In this document: one piece after another, positions 19,201 to 27,649 of the stretch
Numbering within the stretch: position 1 is the stretch's first letter
Layout: each line of letters opens with the position of its first letter
Assembly (NCBI GenBank): GCA_018897105.1
Contig: JAHILF010000007.1
Location: 14,763 to 78,762 of the forward strand
Direction: 5' to 3'
Source: Pseudomonadota bacterium
GTDB taxonomy: Bacteria; Desulfobacterota; Desulfobulbia; Desulfobulbales; SURF-16
DNA: 64,000 bases
The notes under the pieces: model-generated
What the model saw: only the letters and a program-made list of their open reading frames with translations
Told to the model about the DNA's origin: nothing
Databases searched by the model: none
Translations under genes and position numbers: made by a program

Positions 19201-20148
19201 GCCCACCACCTCGGCCCCGTTTTTGTCCAGCACCCCCCGGCGCAGGGCAGGTCCCAGGGACACCTTGGCCACATCGGCGATCCTGATGGGCTGGTTGTCC
19301 GTGGCCTTGATCACGGCATTTTCAATATCCGCCAGGCTTTTGATGAAACCGATGCCGCGGATGACATATTCCACCCGGTTGATCTCAATGGTGCGGGCGC
19401 CGATATCGATATTTGACATCTTGACCGCCGAAAATACCTGCTCCAGGGTGACTTTGTTGGCCCGCATGGCGTCCGGATCAACATCGATCTGGTATTCCTT
19501 GACAAACCCGCCCACGGAAGCCACTTCGCTGATGCCGGCCACGCCCATGAGGGCATAGCGCACATACCAGTCCTGCACCGAGCGCAGTTCCTCAAGTTCC
19601 CAGCCGCCGGTGGGATTGCCGTTTTTATCCCGCCCTTCCAGGGTGTACCAGAATATCTGGCCCAGGCCCGTGGCATCAGGTCCCAGGGTCGGCTTGACAT
19701 CCTCCGGCAGGGTGCCTGCCGGCAGGCTCGCCAGTTTTTCCAGCAGTCGGGAGCGCGACCAGTAAAATTCCACTGAATCATTAAAGATGACGTAAATGGA
19801 GGAAAAACCGAACATGGAATAGGAACGCACCGTTTTCACCCCGGGCAGGCCGAGGAGGGTGACCGTCAGGGGATAGGTTATCTGGTCCTCCACATCCTGG
19901 GGGGAGCGGCCGGGCCATTCAGTAAAGACGATCTGCTGGTTTTCCCCGATATCCGGAATGGCATCCACCGGTACCGGATCCCTGGGCAGGTGGCTCAGGT
20001 GGAAATCAAAGGGTGCAACCATCAGCCCCCAGCCGGTGAGGACGAGCAGGGCCAAGGCTACCAGCAGTTTGTTGAGCAGGCAGAAACGGATGATGGCGCC
20101 GACAAGGGAAGTGGCCTTGGGCAGTTGTTCCTGTTCGGGAGTGGTCAT
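16258..20148 (-). CDS. Heavy-metal efflux RND permease (CusA/CzcA family), unusually long at 1296 aa
   Basis: Typical HME-RND N-terminus (IIRFCLLNKLLVALALLVL...) and 12-TM RND architecture. Extra hydrophobic segments and a periplasmic insert are present (about aa 545-860). Confidence 0.9.
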   Translation of the reverse strand: MTTPEQEQLPKATSLVGAIIRFCLLNKLLVALALLVLTGWGLMVAPFDFHLSHLPRDPVPVDAIPDIGENQQIVFTEWPGRSPQDVEDQITYPLTVTLLGLPGVKTVRSYSMFGFSSIYVIFNDSVEFYWSRSRLLEKLASLPAGTLPEDVKPTLGPDATGLGQIFWYTLEGRDKNGNPTGGWELEELRSVQDWYVRYALMGVAGISEVASVGGFVKEYQIDVDPDAMRANKVTLEQVFSAVKMSNIDIGARTIEINRVEYVIRGIGFIKSLADIENAVIKATDNQPIRIADVAKVSLGPALRRGVLDKNGAEVVGGVAVARFGDNPLAAIERIKEKIKEISPGLPSKKLADGTESKITIVPFYDRSGLIHETLGTLKTALGQEILITIIVVLISLMHFKSSFVVSSLLPFAVLLSFIGMKVFGVDANIVALSGIAIAIGTIVDMGIIICENIVTKLDEAGPEANSLVIIYEAATEVGSAVLTAVSTTIVSFLPVFTMQAAEGKLFKPLAYTKTFALIASIILALTVLPPLAHLLFRRVKKQDSSYLVNLVLPGLLLIAGLVITWLISPLGLIVAAIGLYRMCAKWLPGRAQLAGGRLVNWLVILIFTILLARSWEPLGIEPGALVNFLFVALIIGATLGFLQLFQGQYTKMLAWCLQYKKTFLLLPTVITLLGAMIWLGVPRMTAFLPDMIRGSRLLVSLAHSFPGLGKEFMPPLDEGSFLYMPTTMPHASIGEVQEVLAQQDRQLSRIPEISSAVGKLGRADSPLDPAPLSMIETIINYHSEYLLGDNGERLLFKFRDDKKDFFRTREGAPVPASDGAPYLVQGRFERDGQGRLIADPDGRAFRLWRPALDPAINPDRKSWRGIINPDDIWNAIVTAAEIPGVTSAPKLQPIATRIVMLQTGMRAPMGIKVKGPDLGTIDAVALQLEALLKHVPAVSPATVLADRVVGKPYIEINIDREAIARYGIMLGQVQDVISVAVGGRMITSTVEGRERYPVRVRYLRELRDSPEELGKILVAAPNGAQIPLSQLADFRYVRGPQMIKSEDTFLTAYVLFDKRPGFAEVDVVEQAKAFLNEKIDKGELVIPAGVTYTFAGNYENQIRAQKRLSVILPLAMLTIMVILYLQFKSLTTTLMVFSSILVAWSGGFLMIWFYGQGWFLDATLFGVNMRDLFQVHQINLSVAIWVGFLALFGIASDDGVLMATYLDESKNRFPRSSREEIRTMVLQGAERRIRPALMTSSTTILALLPILTSSGRGADIMVPMAIPSFGGMSIALLTVFVVPVLYCWREECKLQK

Positions 20149-20183
20149 GGTGCACCTTTACGGATACGCTCTCAGAGTTGCCG

Positions 20184-22259
20184 TTATTTGAGCTGGCGGC
20201 GTACTTCGCCGCAGCGCAGCATCTTCCTGCCAAAATAGGGGTTGTTGATTTCTTCACTGCCGGCCAGCCAGGTGGCGCCGGTATTGCCGAAGGCCATGGG
20301 ACAGAACTGTTCGTAAACCGGACCTGACGCAGGGGCGCCGAAGGTGGACACCGCCAGGCTGAGGGCTTTACTCAGCGGAAAAAAGGCAGCGCGCATCTCC
20401 GTTAGCGTCTGAGCGGTTGCCAGAGTCTGGGCAGCCTCCTGCAGGTCGTTTATCAGTTCCTTTTTCCGCGCATCTTCCACCTTGGCGAGGCTGGCGAGAA
20501 ATTTCCGGGCCAGGCCGGCGATCTTCTTTTCGCTTGCCCCGGCCCCATCCACATCATCCTTGGCCAGCAGCTGCTGCAGGCTGAAATACTCGGTCAGCAG
20601 TTTTGCAAGTGCCGCCTGGACTTCCGGGTAATAAGGCGCATCAGCCATGGTGCCGGCCAGGCTGAAATAGGTACGGACCTGATGAAAATGCTCGGCCATG
20701 GCGGCATAGATCCTGTCCAGCTCTTTTCTGTCATCTGCCTCGGAGGCGAGAATCACATCACTATTGAGCAGCATGGACATTTCCTTCCAGGCGAGTTTAT
20801 CCTTGTTCGGCAGGCCTTCGCCATCAAGGTCATGTAATTTGGACCTGAAATCGGTCAGTGACTTGGCAAAGGCCTGCCGGTCATTGGCATGCACGGCATC
20901 GGACAGGGTGATGAAGGAGTGATTGAGCAGCTGCAGCCTGGAGGAAAACAGCGGCGGGAATTTTTCCTCCTCGGGTTTCTTGAAGGTTGCGGGGTTCATC
21001 ATGGAGGGCCGGGCCTGGATCTGGATGGCGGAGTCGATCTTGAAATTGCCTCGACTGACCACCAGTTCTCCTTCCTTGAGCCCTCCTTTGACCTGGTAGA
21101 AATCACCGTTGCGCGGCCCCAGCACCACTTCCCTGCCTTCATAAACTCCTTCCTGCCCCGGCAGCTGCACGTAGGCAATGGCCCGTTTGCCGGTGAAAAG
21201 CGGGGCCGAGGCCGGGATAAGCAAATAGTCATCTTTCGAGGTCCCGCTTGTCAACTCTGCGCGGACCAGCATGCCGGGTTTCAGCATGCCATCCTTGTTT
21301 TCCGCATTAAGCCGCACCCGGATGGTGCGGGTCTGTTCGTTGACCTGGGGATCGATAAAAACCACCTTGCCGGTAAAAAAGCGGCCGGGGTAGGCCTCCA
21401 CGGTGAAATCCACATGCTGGCCGACATGGATGCGCTGCAGGTCGGACTCATAGGCCTCCAGGTTGACCCACAGATGATCAAGGTCGGCAATGGTATAGAT
21501 CATGGTTCCGGTTTTGACATACATACCCTCCTGCACCGTCTTATTGATGACGATACCGCTCATGGGGGCGGTGAGGGTGATGTGGTCGGCCGGGGTGCCC
21601 CGTTCAATGATGCGGGCGATCTGTTTGTCCGCCAGACCGAGCAGCCGCAGTTTTTCCCGGGCCGCCTGTTCGGTGCGGACCGTGGTGTTTTTGATGATAT
21701 CCAGGGTTGAACTGTGGAGATTTTTCACCGCGGCAATCGCCTGGATCAACTCGGCCTGGGCGGTGAGCAGTTCCGGGCTGTAAATCTCAGCCAGGGGCTG
21801 CCCATTTTTGACGATGTCGCCGGTATAGTCCACATAGAGTTTGTCAATGCGGCCGCCAACCCAGGCGGTGATGGTGCCGATCCGGGTTTCATCATAGTCC
21901 ACCTTGCCGGATATCCTTGTCTCAACCGCCCCTTTGCCCCGAATTACCGGCGAGACCTCGACCTGGGCCAGTTTCCGTGCCCGCTCATCAAAGGATATCT
22001 GGCGCAGGCTGGCGCGCTGGCTGTCGTCGGCGTCCCTGGGCACTTCGATGAGATCCATGAAACAGATGGGGCACTGGCCTGGTTCGGGAAGCTGTATCTG
22101 CGGATGCATGGAGCAGGTCCAGATGGTTGCCGCGGTTTTGCTTGCCTGGCCCTGTTCATCATGCGCCTGTTCAGCCGCCGAGAGAAAGGGCGTCCAGCCC
22201 AGCAGGACGAAAAAAACGGCAACAGCACAAAAAGGCCGTATCATTTTACTTGAGAACAT
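20184..22259 (-). CDS. RND periplasmic adaptor (CusB-like) with N-terminal heavy-metal-binding domain and C-terminal DUF3347-like domain
   Basis: WTCSMHPQIQLPEPGQCPICFMDL (HMBD), an HlyD/MFP barrel-sandwich core, and a C-terminal ...CPMAFGNTGATWL...NNPYFGRKMLRCGEV tail typical of DUF3347. Confidence 0.85.
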   Translation of the reverse strand: MFSSKMIRPFCAVAVFFVLLGWTPFLSAAEQAHDEQGQASKTAATIWTCSMHPQIQLPEPGQCPICFMDLIEVPRDADDSQRASLRQISFDERARKLAQVEVSPVIRGKGAVETRISGKVDYDETRIGTITAWVGGRIDKLYVDYTGDIVKNGQPLAEIYSPELLTAQAELIQAIAAVKNLHSSTLDIIKNTTVRTEQAAREKLRLLGLADKQIARIIERGTPADHITLTAPMSGIVINKTVQEGMYVKTGTMIYTIADLDHLWVNLEAYESDLQRIHVGQHVDFTVEAYPGRFFTGKVVFIDPQVNEQTRTIRVRLNAENKDGMLKPGMLVRAELTSGTSKDDYLLIPASAPLFTGKRAIAYVQLPGQEGVYEGREVVLGPRNGDFYQVKGGLKEGELVVSRGNFKIDSAIQIQARPSMMNPATFKKPEEEKFPPLFSSRLQLLNHSFITLSDAVHANDRQAFAKSLTDFRSKLHDLDGEGLPNKDKLAWKEMSMLLNSDVILASEADDRKELDRIYAAMAEHFHQVRTYFSLAGTMADAPYYPEVQAALAKLLTEYFSLQQLLAKDDVDGAGASEKKIAGLARKFLASLAKVEDARKKELINDLQEAAQTLATAQTLTEMRAAFFPLSKALSLAVSTFGAPASGPVYEQFCPMAFGNTGATWLAGSEEINNPYFGRKMLRCGEVRRQLK

Positions 22260-22291
22260 GGTGTTCCTCGCATGGTGAGGGGTCTGAGGGG

Positions 22292-22564
22292 TTATTTTTT
22301 TTCATCAGTGATCGGGGCAATAGGAGCGGGCTCCTGACCTATTTCTTTCATTTTCTGCAGATATTTTTCCGGGTCCTTCTTGAATTCGCCGATGCAGTAG
22401 TCGCAGCAGAAATAAATCCGTTTGCCCTCATAATCCACGTGGATCTCCTTGTTGATCGCACCCCCCATGACCGGGCAGGTGGTCTGGGGCGCGGCCAGGG
22501 CGGCGGTGGCGCCGAAGGCGGTGAGAAAAAAGAAGGTGAGGATGAAAGTTTTGCTCGGTTTCAT
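22292..22564 (-). CDS. Secreted YHS-domain metal-binding protein
   Basis: Signal peptide, then TTCPVMGGAINKEIHVDYEGKRIYFCCDYCIGEFKKDPEKY (YHS/TRASH-like). I prefer the ATG at 22564, preceded by AAGGAGAT. Confidence 0.75.
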   Translation of the reverse strand: MKPSKTFILTFFFLTAFGATAALAAPQTTCPVMGGAINKEIHVDYEGKRIYFCCDYCIGEFKKDPEKYLQKMKEIGQEPAPIAPITDEKK

Positions 22565-22618
22565 GAAAATCTCCTTGTCATGATTTGTCTGAAGCAGCAT
22601 TGGTGCTGCCGGTTGGTG

Positions 22619-23893
22619 TCAGTTCTGCCAGTCGGCCAACGTTACCCCGACCAGCTCCTCAAGTTTGGCCACCTCGATGGCCTGGTCGGCCAGGGCGCGG
22701 CCTCTGGCCAGCTGGAACTGCAGCAGATTATTTTCTGCGTCAAGCAGTTCCTGCACGGTAAGACGGCCGTTCTGGAACGCCTCCAGGGCAACCTCCACCT
22801 GCTGGTGGATGATGGGCAGCAGGGTGTCGTTATACAGGGTGCGGCTGCGGGTGGCATTGCGGTAACGGAAAAGCCCCTGCTGGATACCCGCCTCCAGGGC
22901 GCGGACCTCCTGGTTGAGACTGGTGCGTTCCGCCCCGGCCATGGCTACTTTTTCCTCCACCGCCGCATGGCGGCGGTCCTGGAACAACGGAATATTGAAG
23001 CTGATGCCGGCGATGATCGGATCCTTGCCGCTGTCCGGCGGATCGCCGAATTCCGCATTGCCGGTAAAGATCGTTTTGACGCTGAGGGTCAGATCCGGAT
23101 AGAAATCCTTTTGAGCCAGATCAACGCCGAGCTGGGCCTTGGTGACGCTCTCCCGCGCCTCAAGCAGTTGCGGGTTGTGCTCCCGGGCAAGCTCCAGCAG
23201 CTGTTCTTCCGCCGTGGTCAGGGTGATATCCGGCAGCGGGGGAACAGGTCGGGCCCGGTCGGCATCCGCCCCCAGCAGGGTGTTGAGATTGACCATGAGG
23301 GAATAGGCCTGGTCGCGGGAGGTCTGCAGTTTGTTTTCCGCCCTGGCCAGTTCGATCTGGATCTTGAGTACATTGGCATAATCAACGGTGCCGGCGGCAT
23401 ATCTGGTGCGGGCGACATTTTCCATGTATTTGAGCAGTTCCAGGCTTTCGGCATAACTCGTCTGAGTTTCCGTATTAAAGGCGTACTCCACATAGCTCAG
23501 TTTCACGCGGCTGGCCACCACCAGCTGTGTTGCGGCAAGGCGGGCCTCGGCCTTGCCGGCATCCTGTCCGGCGATTTTTTCCGCCAGGGACAGCTTGCCC
23601 GGCCAGGGCAGGGTCTGGGACAGACTGACGGCAGCATTCTGGGGGCCGGTGCGGGTTTCAACCGGCTCAAGATAGTATTCGATCCCCACCCTGGGGTCGG
23701 GCAGGGAGGCGCTTTGCCGTGCTTTCTGCCGGATACCCTGCACCCGGGACTTGGCCGCCTGGATGTCTTCGTTGTGCTCCATGGCTTCGGTAAGGTAGTC
23801 TGCCAGGGGAAGACCTGCGGCGAATAGGCGATGGGGCAGCAGAATAATGAGAGCCAGCAGGGGCAGAATATGTCGGTAATTGGCGAGCTTCAT
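22619..23893 (-). CDS. TolC/CusC-family outer-membrane efflux protein
   Basis: Signal peptide and two repeated OEP halves. It sits first in the operon, ahead of the adaptor and RND pump. Confidence 0.85.
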   Translation of the reverse strand: MKLANYRHILPLLALIILLPHRLFAAGLPLADYLTEAMEHNEDIQAAKSRVQGIRQKARQSASLPDPRVGIEYYLEPVETRTGPQNAAVSLSQTLPWPGKLSLAEKIAGQDAGKAEARLAATQLVVASRVKLSYVEYAFNTETQTSYAESLELLKYMENVARTRYAAGTVDYANVLKIQIELARAENKLQTSRDQAYSLMVNLNTLLGADADRARPVPPLPDITLTTAEEQLLELAREHNPQLLEARESVTKAQLGVDLAQKDFYPDLTLSVKTIFTGNAEFGDPPDSGKDPIIAGISFNIPLFQDRRHAAVEEKVAMAGAERTSLNQEVRALEAGIQQGLFRYRNATRSRTLYNDTLLPIIHQQVEVALEAFQNGRLTVQELLDAENNLLQFQLARGRALADQAIEVAKLEELVGVTLADWQN

Positions 23894-23972
23894 AGGCTGT
23901 TTGTCCTTATTTTTATCGATCTTCCGGTAGAACCCGGAGGAGGGATATCCACCCTCCGGCCATTAGTTCAAA

Positions 23973-23987
23973 GCAATCCGTGTGCCG
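23973..23987 (-). promoter_or_regulatory. Sigma-54 (-24/-12) promoter for the efflux operon
   Basis: The minus strand reads CGGCAC-ACGGA-TTGC(TT), matching TGGCAC-N5-TTGCW with exact GG/GC spacing. It lies about 80 nt upstream of the tolC-like ATG at 23893. Confidence 0.6.
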
Positions 23988-24116
23988 CAAGGGTTATTTT
24001 TGTCAGGCAAAAAAAGAGAACTAGCCAAAAAGACAGACGCTAACTGCTGTTGCAGGGAGCAGAAAGAATGAGGTGCGGCACAGAGAACCCTGCGGACAGC
24101 AAGTGGTTCAGGAAAA

Positions 24117-24156
24117 TTGAAGAATATTCTTCAATGACTTGGAGGATATTCTTCAG
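24117..24156. promoter_or_regulatory. Tandem palindromic upstream activator sites (putative binding sites of the adjacent NtrC-type regulator)
   Basis: Perfect 18-bp palindrome TTGAAGAATATTCTTCAA (24117-24134) and a related site TTGGAGGATATTCTTCAG (24139-24156). Centres are 22 bp apart and about 130-170 bp upstream of the sigma-54 promoter. Confidence 0.45.
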
Positions 24157-25499
24157 TTGTCCAGGGCATACTTTTCCAGCCGGTAAATAAGCACGTGGCG
24201 CGGAATCTTCAGCAGACGGGCCGCCTCGGAACGGTTGCCGCCGCTGATGGCCAGGGCCTTGAGGATCAGGCCCTTTTCCACCTCTTCCAGGGAAAGACCC
24301 TCCGGCGGAATGTCGGGCAGGGAGGGGTCGGAAGAGCAAGTGCGGCCGGGAAGTAGGATCTCGGCCTCATCAATGACGTCTTTTTCCCGTAGAATAATGC
24401 AGCGTTCCACCACGTTCTGCAGTTCCCTGATATTGCCGGGCCAGTGATAGGACTGCAGGCGGGCAAGGGCTGCAGGGGTGAATGACACCTGGGGAGGCGC
24501 TTCGTGTTTTTTCAAGAAATGGGCGACCAGGGCAGGGATATCTTCACGTCTGTCACGCAGCGGCGGGAGATGCAGGGGGATGACTGACAGCCGGTAGAAG
24601 AGATCGTCCCGGAAATTTCCCTTGGCAATTTCAGCACGTAAATCCCGATTGGTGGCGGCGATGATGCGCACATCCACTGTTTCCGTGCGATCGCTGCCCA
24701 CCGGTTCAATCTGCTTTTCCTGCAGCGCGCGGAGAAATTTCACCTGCATCTCGGGCAGCAATTCGCCGATTTCATCGAGAAACAGGGTGCCATGATGGGC
24801 GGCCTGAAAACGTCCCTGCCGGTTCTGCACCGCCCCGGTGAAGGCCCCTTTCACATGGCCGAAAAGTTCGCTCTCGATCAGGGGGGCAGGGATGGCCGCG
24901 CAGTTCACCGCTACAAAGGCTTCTTTTTTTCTCGGGCTGTGCTGGTGGATGAGGCGTGACAGCACCTCCTTGCCGGTGCCCGACTCACCGCTGATCAGCA
25001 CCGTGGCGTCGGATTCCGCCACCTTGAGGGCGGTGTGCAGCAGTTCGGCCATGGCGCTGTTCACCGTCACCATGCCTTCGACCCCGGTCAGCCGGTTGAT
25101 CTCCTGGGACAGGGAGCGGGCGCGGCTCTTCAGGCTTTGCATTTCCAGGGCCTTGCGGCAGGAGAGAATCAGGGTGTCCCGGTCAAAGGGTTTGGTGATG
25201 AAGGTGAAGGCCCCCTGGTGCATGGCCTGCACCGCCATTTCAATGGAGCCGTAGGCGGTGATGATGATCACCGGAACGTCCGGGGCCTCCTGTTTGAATC
25301 GTTTCAGCAGCTCCAGGCCGCTGGCGTCACCCAGTTCAACATCGGTGACCACCAGGTCGGGAGGATGGCGCTGGAAAGCATCAATGGCCTGGCGACCGTT
25401 GGCCGCCGTCTTTACCGAGAAACCGGCCTTGGCCAGGTTATACTCGGTCACGCGGCGCAGGCTTTCATCATCATCGATAAGGAGAATATGGTTGTTCAT
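24153..25499 (-). CDS. Sigma-54-dependent response regulator (NtrC/ZraR family)
   Basis: REC (LLIDDDES...LVVTDVELGD), AAA+ with GESGTGKEV and GAFTGA, and a C-terminal Fis-type HTH (SEAARLLKIPRHVLIYRL). Confidence 0.9.
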   Translation of the reverse strand: MNNHILLIDDDESLRRVTEYNLAKAGFSVKTAANGRQAIDAFQRHPPDLVVTDVELGDASGLELLKRFKQEAPDVPVIIITAYGSIEMAVQAMHQGAFTFITKPFDRDTLILSCRKALEMQSLKSRARSLSQEINRLTGVEGMVTVNSAMAELLHTALKVAESDATVLISGESGTGKEVLSRLIHQHSPRKKEAFVAVNCAAIPAPLIESELFGHVKGAFTGAVQNRQGRFQAAHHGTLFLDEIGELLPEMQVKFLRALQEKQIEPVGSDRTETVDVRIIAATNRDLRAEIAKGNFRDDLFYRLSVIPLHLPPLRDRREDIPALVAHFLKKHEAPPQVSFTPAALARLQSYHWPGNIRELQNVVERCIILREKDVIDEAEILLPGRTCSSDPSLPDIPPEGLSLEEVEKGLILKALAISGGNRSEAARLLKIPRHVLIYRLEKYALDN

Positions 25500-26656
25500 G
25501 GTCGTTGCTCGATTTTCTGCGTGACCGGCAGGATGACGGTAAAGCCGGCCCCGCCTTCAGGCGCTGATTCAATGGTGATCCGTCCGCCGTAACTTTCAAC
25601 GATCTTGGCGCTGATGGCCAGCCCCAGACCGGTGCCGTCCTGTCGCCCGCTGTAAAAGGGGGCAAAGACCTTGACCCGTTCATTTTCTGCAATGCCGGGG
25701 CCGTTGTCGGCGACAAGAATCCTGGTTTCTTTGTCATCCTGCTGCACCTCAAGACGGATCAGGCCGTTCTGGGCCACCGCCTCGATGCTGTTAAGCAGCA
25801 GGTTGATGAATACCTGGGACATCTTATTGCCGTCAACCTGGGTGTCTTTGGCCGCCTCGGGGATGAGGCGCCTGAGGGTGATGCCTTTTTTCCGGATTCT
25901 GTTGTCAACCAGGGTGACGACCCGGTCAAGCACGCTGATGAGCGGTTCGCGGCTGATGGGCTGGGAGGCAGGTTGCTGGTTTCTTGAGTAGCGCAGCACC
26001 TCTTCCACGGTGGTGTTGAGCCGGGCCGTCTCCTTGGCCAGGATTTCGGCAAATTCGCGTTTGGGATGGCCGGGCGGGAATTCGTCCAGGAAGATTTCCG
26101 CCGTGCCTTTGATAGCGCCCAGGGGGTTTTTGATTTCATGGGCCAGGGAGGCGGAAAGCTGACCCAGGGCGGAGAGCTTCTGGCTGACCCGCAGCTGCTC
26201 TTCCGCTTCAATGAGCAGTCCAGCCTCTTCATGGAGACGGGCGTAGGATTTTTCCAGTTTTTCAGAAAGTTCCTGATATTTTTCCTTGAGACGCGACTCC
26301 CGGCTGGCAATGGTGCCCACCAGACCGCCGGCCGCCAGATAGAGGCCGATTTCCGTCAGCTCGCCCAGGAAAAAATCATAGTTCATCTGGTGAAAGATAT
26401 GGAGATGGGGAATGAAGGCCAGAATGGTGAAAATTGCCAGCAGCAGGCCACCGCCCGCGCCATACAGCAGTGCGGCAACGACGATGGGGAAATAACTCAG
26501 ACGCCGGTATGTTTCATGGAGAAAAACCTTGCCAGCCGGGGTTACCCCATGCAGCACGCCAATGGCCACCACCATGAGAAGGAGAAAAAAGAGGATGGTT
26601 CCTGATCGTTTGCTTTTGGTCACGGTCGAGAGGCTCGAAATTCTGCATTTTGCCAA
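25496..26656 (-). CDS. Membrane sensor histidine kinase (HisKA + HATPase_c)
   Basis: N-terminal TM helices, H-box SASLAHEIKNPLGAI, N/G boxes (LLNSIEAV, DNGPGI, GTGLGLAI). A 4-nt overlap joins it to the regulator gene. Confidence 0.85.
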   Translation of the reverse strand: MAKCRISSLSTVTKSKRSGTILFFLLLMVVAIGVLHGVTPAGKVFLHETYRRLSYFPIVVAALLYGAGGGLLLAIFTILAFIPHLHIFHQMNYDFFLGELTEIGLYLAAGGLVGTIASRESRLKEKYQELSEKLEKSYARLHEEAGLLIEAEEQLRVSQKLSALGQLSASLAHEIKNPLGAIKGTAEIFLDEFPPGHPKREFAEILAKETARLNTTVEEVLRYSRNQQPASQPISREPLISVLDRVVTLVDNRIRKKGITLRRLIPEAAKDTQVDGNKMSQVFINLLLNSIEAVAQNGLIRLEVQQDDKETRILVADNGPGIAENERVKVFAPFYSGRQDGTGLGLAISAKIVESYGGRITIESAPEGGAGFTVILPVTQKIEQRP

Positions 26657-26869
26657 AGGGGTTTTGCGGGAGTGACGGGCCTGGCTGCCCGGGTGTTTTC
26701 ACCGGCCACACCGCGTACCGTAGTCATTTGCTTCTCTTGACAAACTCCCAATGTAACATCGTCTGTTATACAGTACAGCCCTCTATCTGTAATTTCAAAA
26801 TAATTCTACCGGTCAGGCGGGGGTGGAGCTGCATTAAAAAAAATAAGGGGAAAAAAGCAAATGGGATTG

Positions 26870-27649
26870 TCAGGGCAGGGATTTGAGCTTCTTCTGGATC
26901 ATCTGCAGGTCATGCCAGGCCCCTTTTTTCAGTTCCTGGGTCCTGAGCAGCAGGGTCGGATGAAAGGTGGGCATGAGCGGGATGCCCTGGAAGTCATGGA
27001 ATCGTCCCCGCAGGCTGAGGAGAGACTGGGAGGTTTTGAGCAAGGTCTGGCTGGCGGTCTGGCCCATGGTGCAGATGATTTTCGGTTTGATCAGCTCAAT
27101 CTGCCGGATGAGAAAGGGCAGGCAGGCGGATGTTCCGGCGGTTGTCGTGCTGCCCTCCGGCGGCACGCATTTGACGATGTTGGTCAGAAAAATATCGTCC
27201 AGGGACAGGTTGATAGCACCCAGCATTTTTTTCAGCAGTTCACGGGGGGCACCGCTGATCGGTCTGTTTGCCGCTGCTTCCTCGGCGCCGGGGGGATCAC
27301 TGATGATCAACAGGGCCAGACCCTGCCGGGCGGGTCCTTCACCAAAGATCATCTGCTGCCGTGATGTTCCCGGGGGACACAGTTGGCAGCTCTCGAGGGT
27401 GAGTCTGAGATCATCAAGGGTTTGCCGGTCTGCTGTGTCCGGTCCGACAGTGTCGACGGGCTTTGCGGTTGCGGCGGCCGGCATGGGGGTGGGGGAAAAG
27501 GGCTGCGTTTTTATCTTTGCCGACGAGGGGTTGAGAAAACTCTTTAATTCCGGGGATAAGGGGTAGTCGAGTTCACAATGGCGGTGAAAAGCGACAAGGT
27601 TTCGTGTTTCCTGCAGCAGGCTGCTTAAGGAAGAGAGATCATCCTTCAT
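26870..27649 (-). CDS. Uracil-DNA glycosylase superfamily protein (family 4-like) with N-terminal extension
   Basis: [12 protein letters not shown]...[11 protein letters not shown]...[12 protein letters not shown]...[10 protein letters not shown]...RGRF...[11 protein letters not shown] parallels family-4 UDG blocks. Motif A is SDPPG rather than GEAPG. I prefer the ATG at 27649; the longer track ORF overlaps trmFO by 98 nt. Confidence 0.75.
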   Translation of the reverse strand: MKDDLSSLSSLLQETRNLVAFHRHCELDYPLSPELKSFLNPSSAKIKTQPFSPTPMPAAATAKPVDTVGPDTADRQTLDDLRLTLESCQLCPPGTSRQQMIFGEGPARQGLALLIISDPPGAEEAAANRPISGAPRELLKKMLGAINLSLDDIFLTNIVKCVPPEGSTTTAGTSACLPFLIRQIELIKPKIICTMGQTASQTLLKTSQSLLSLRGRFHDFQGIPLMPTFHPTLLLRTQELKKGAWHDLQMIQKKLKSLP

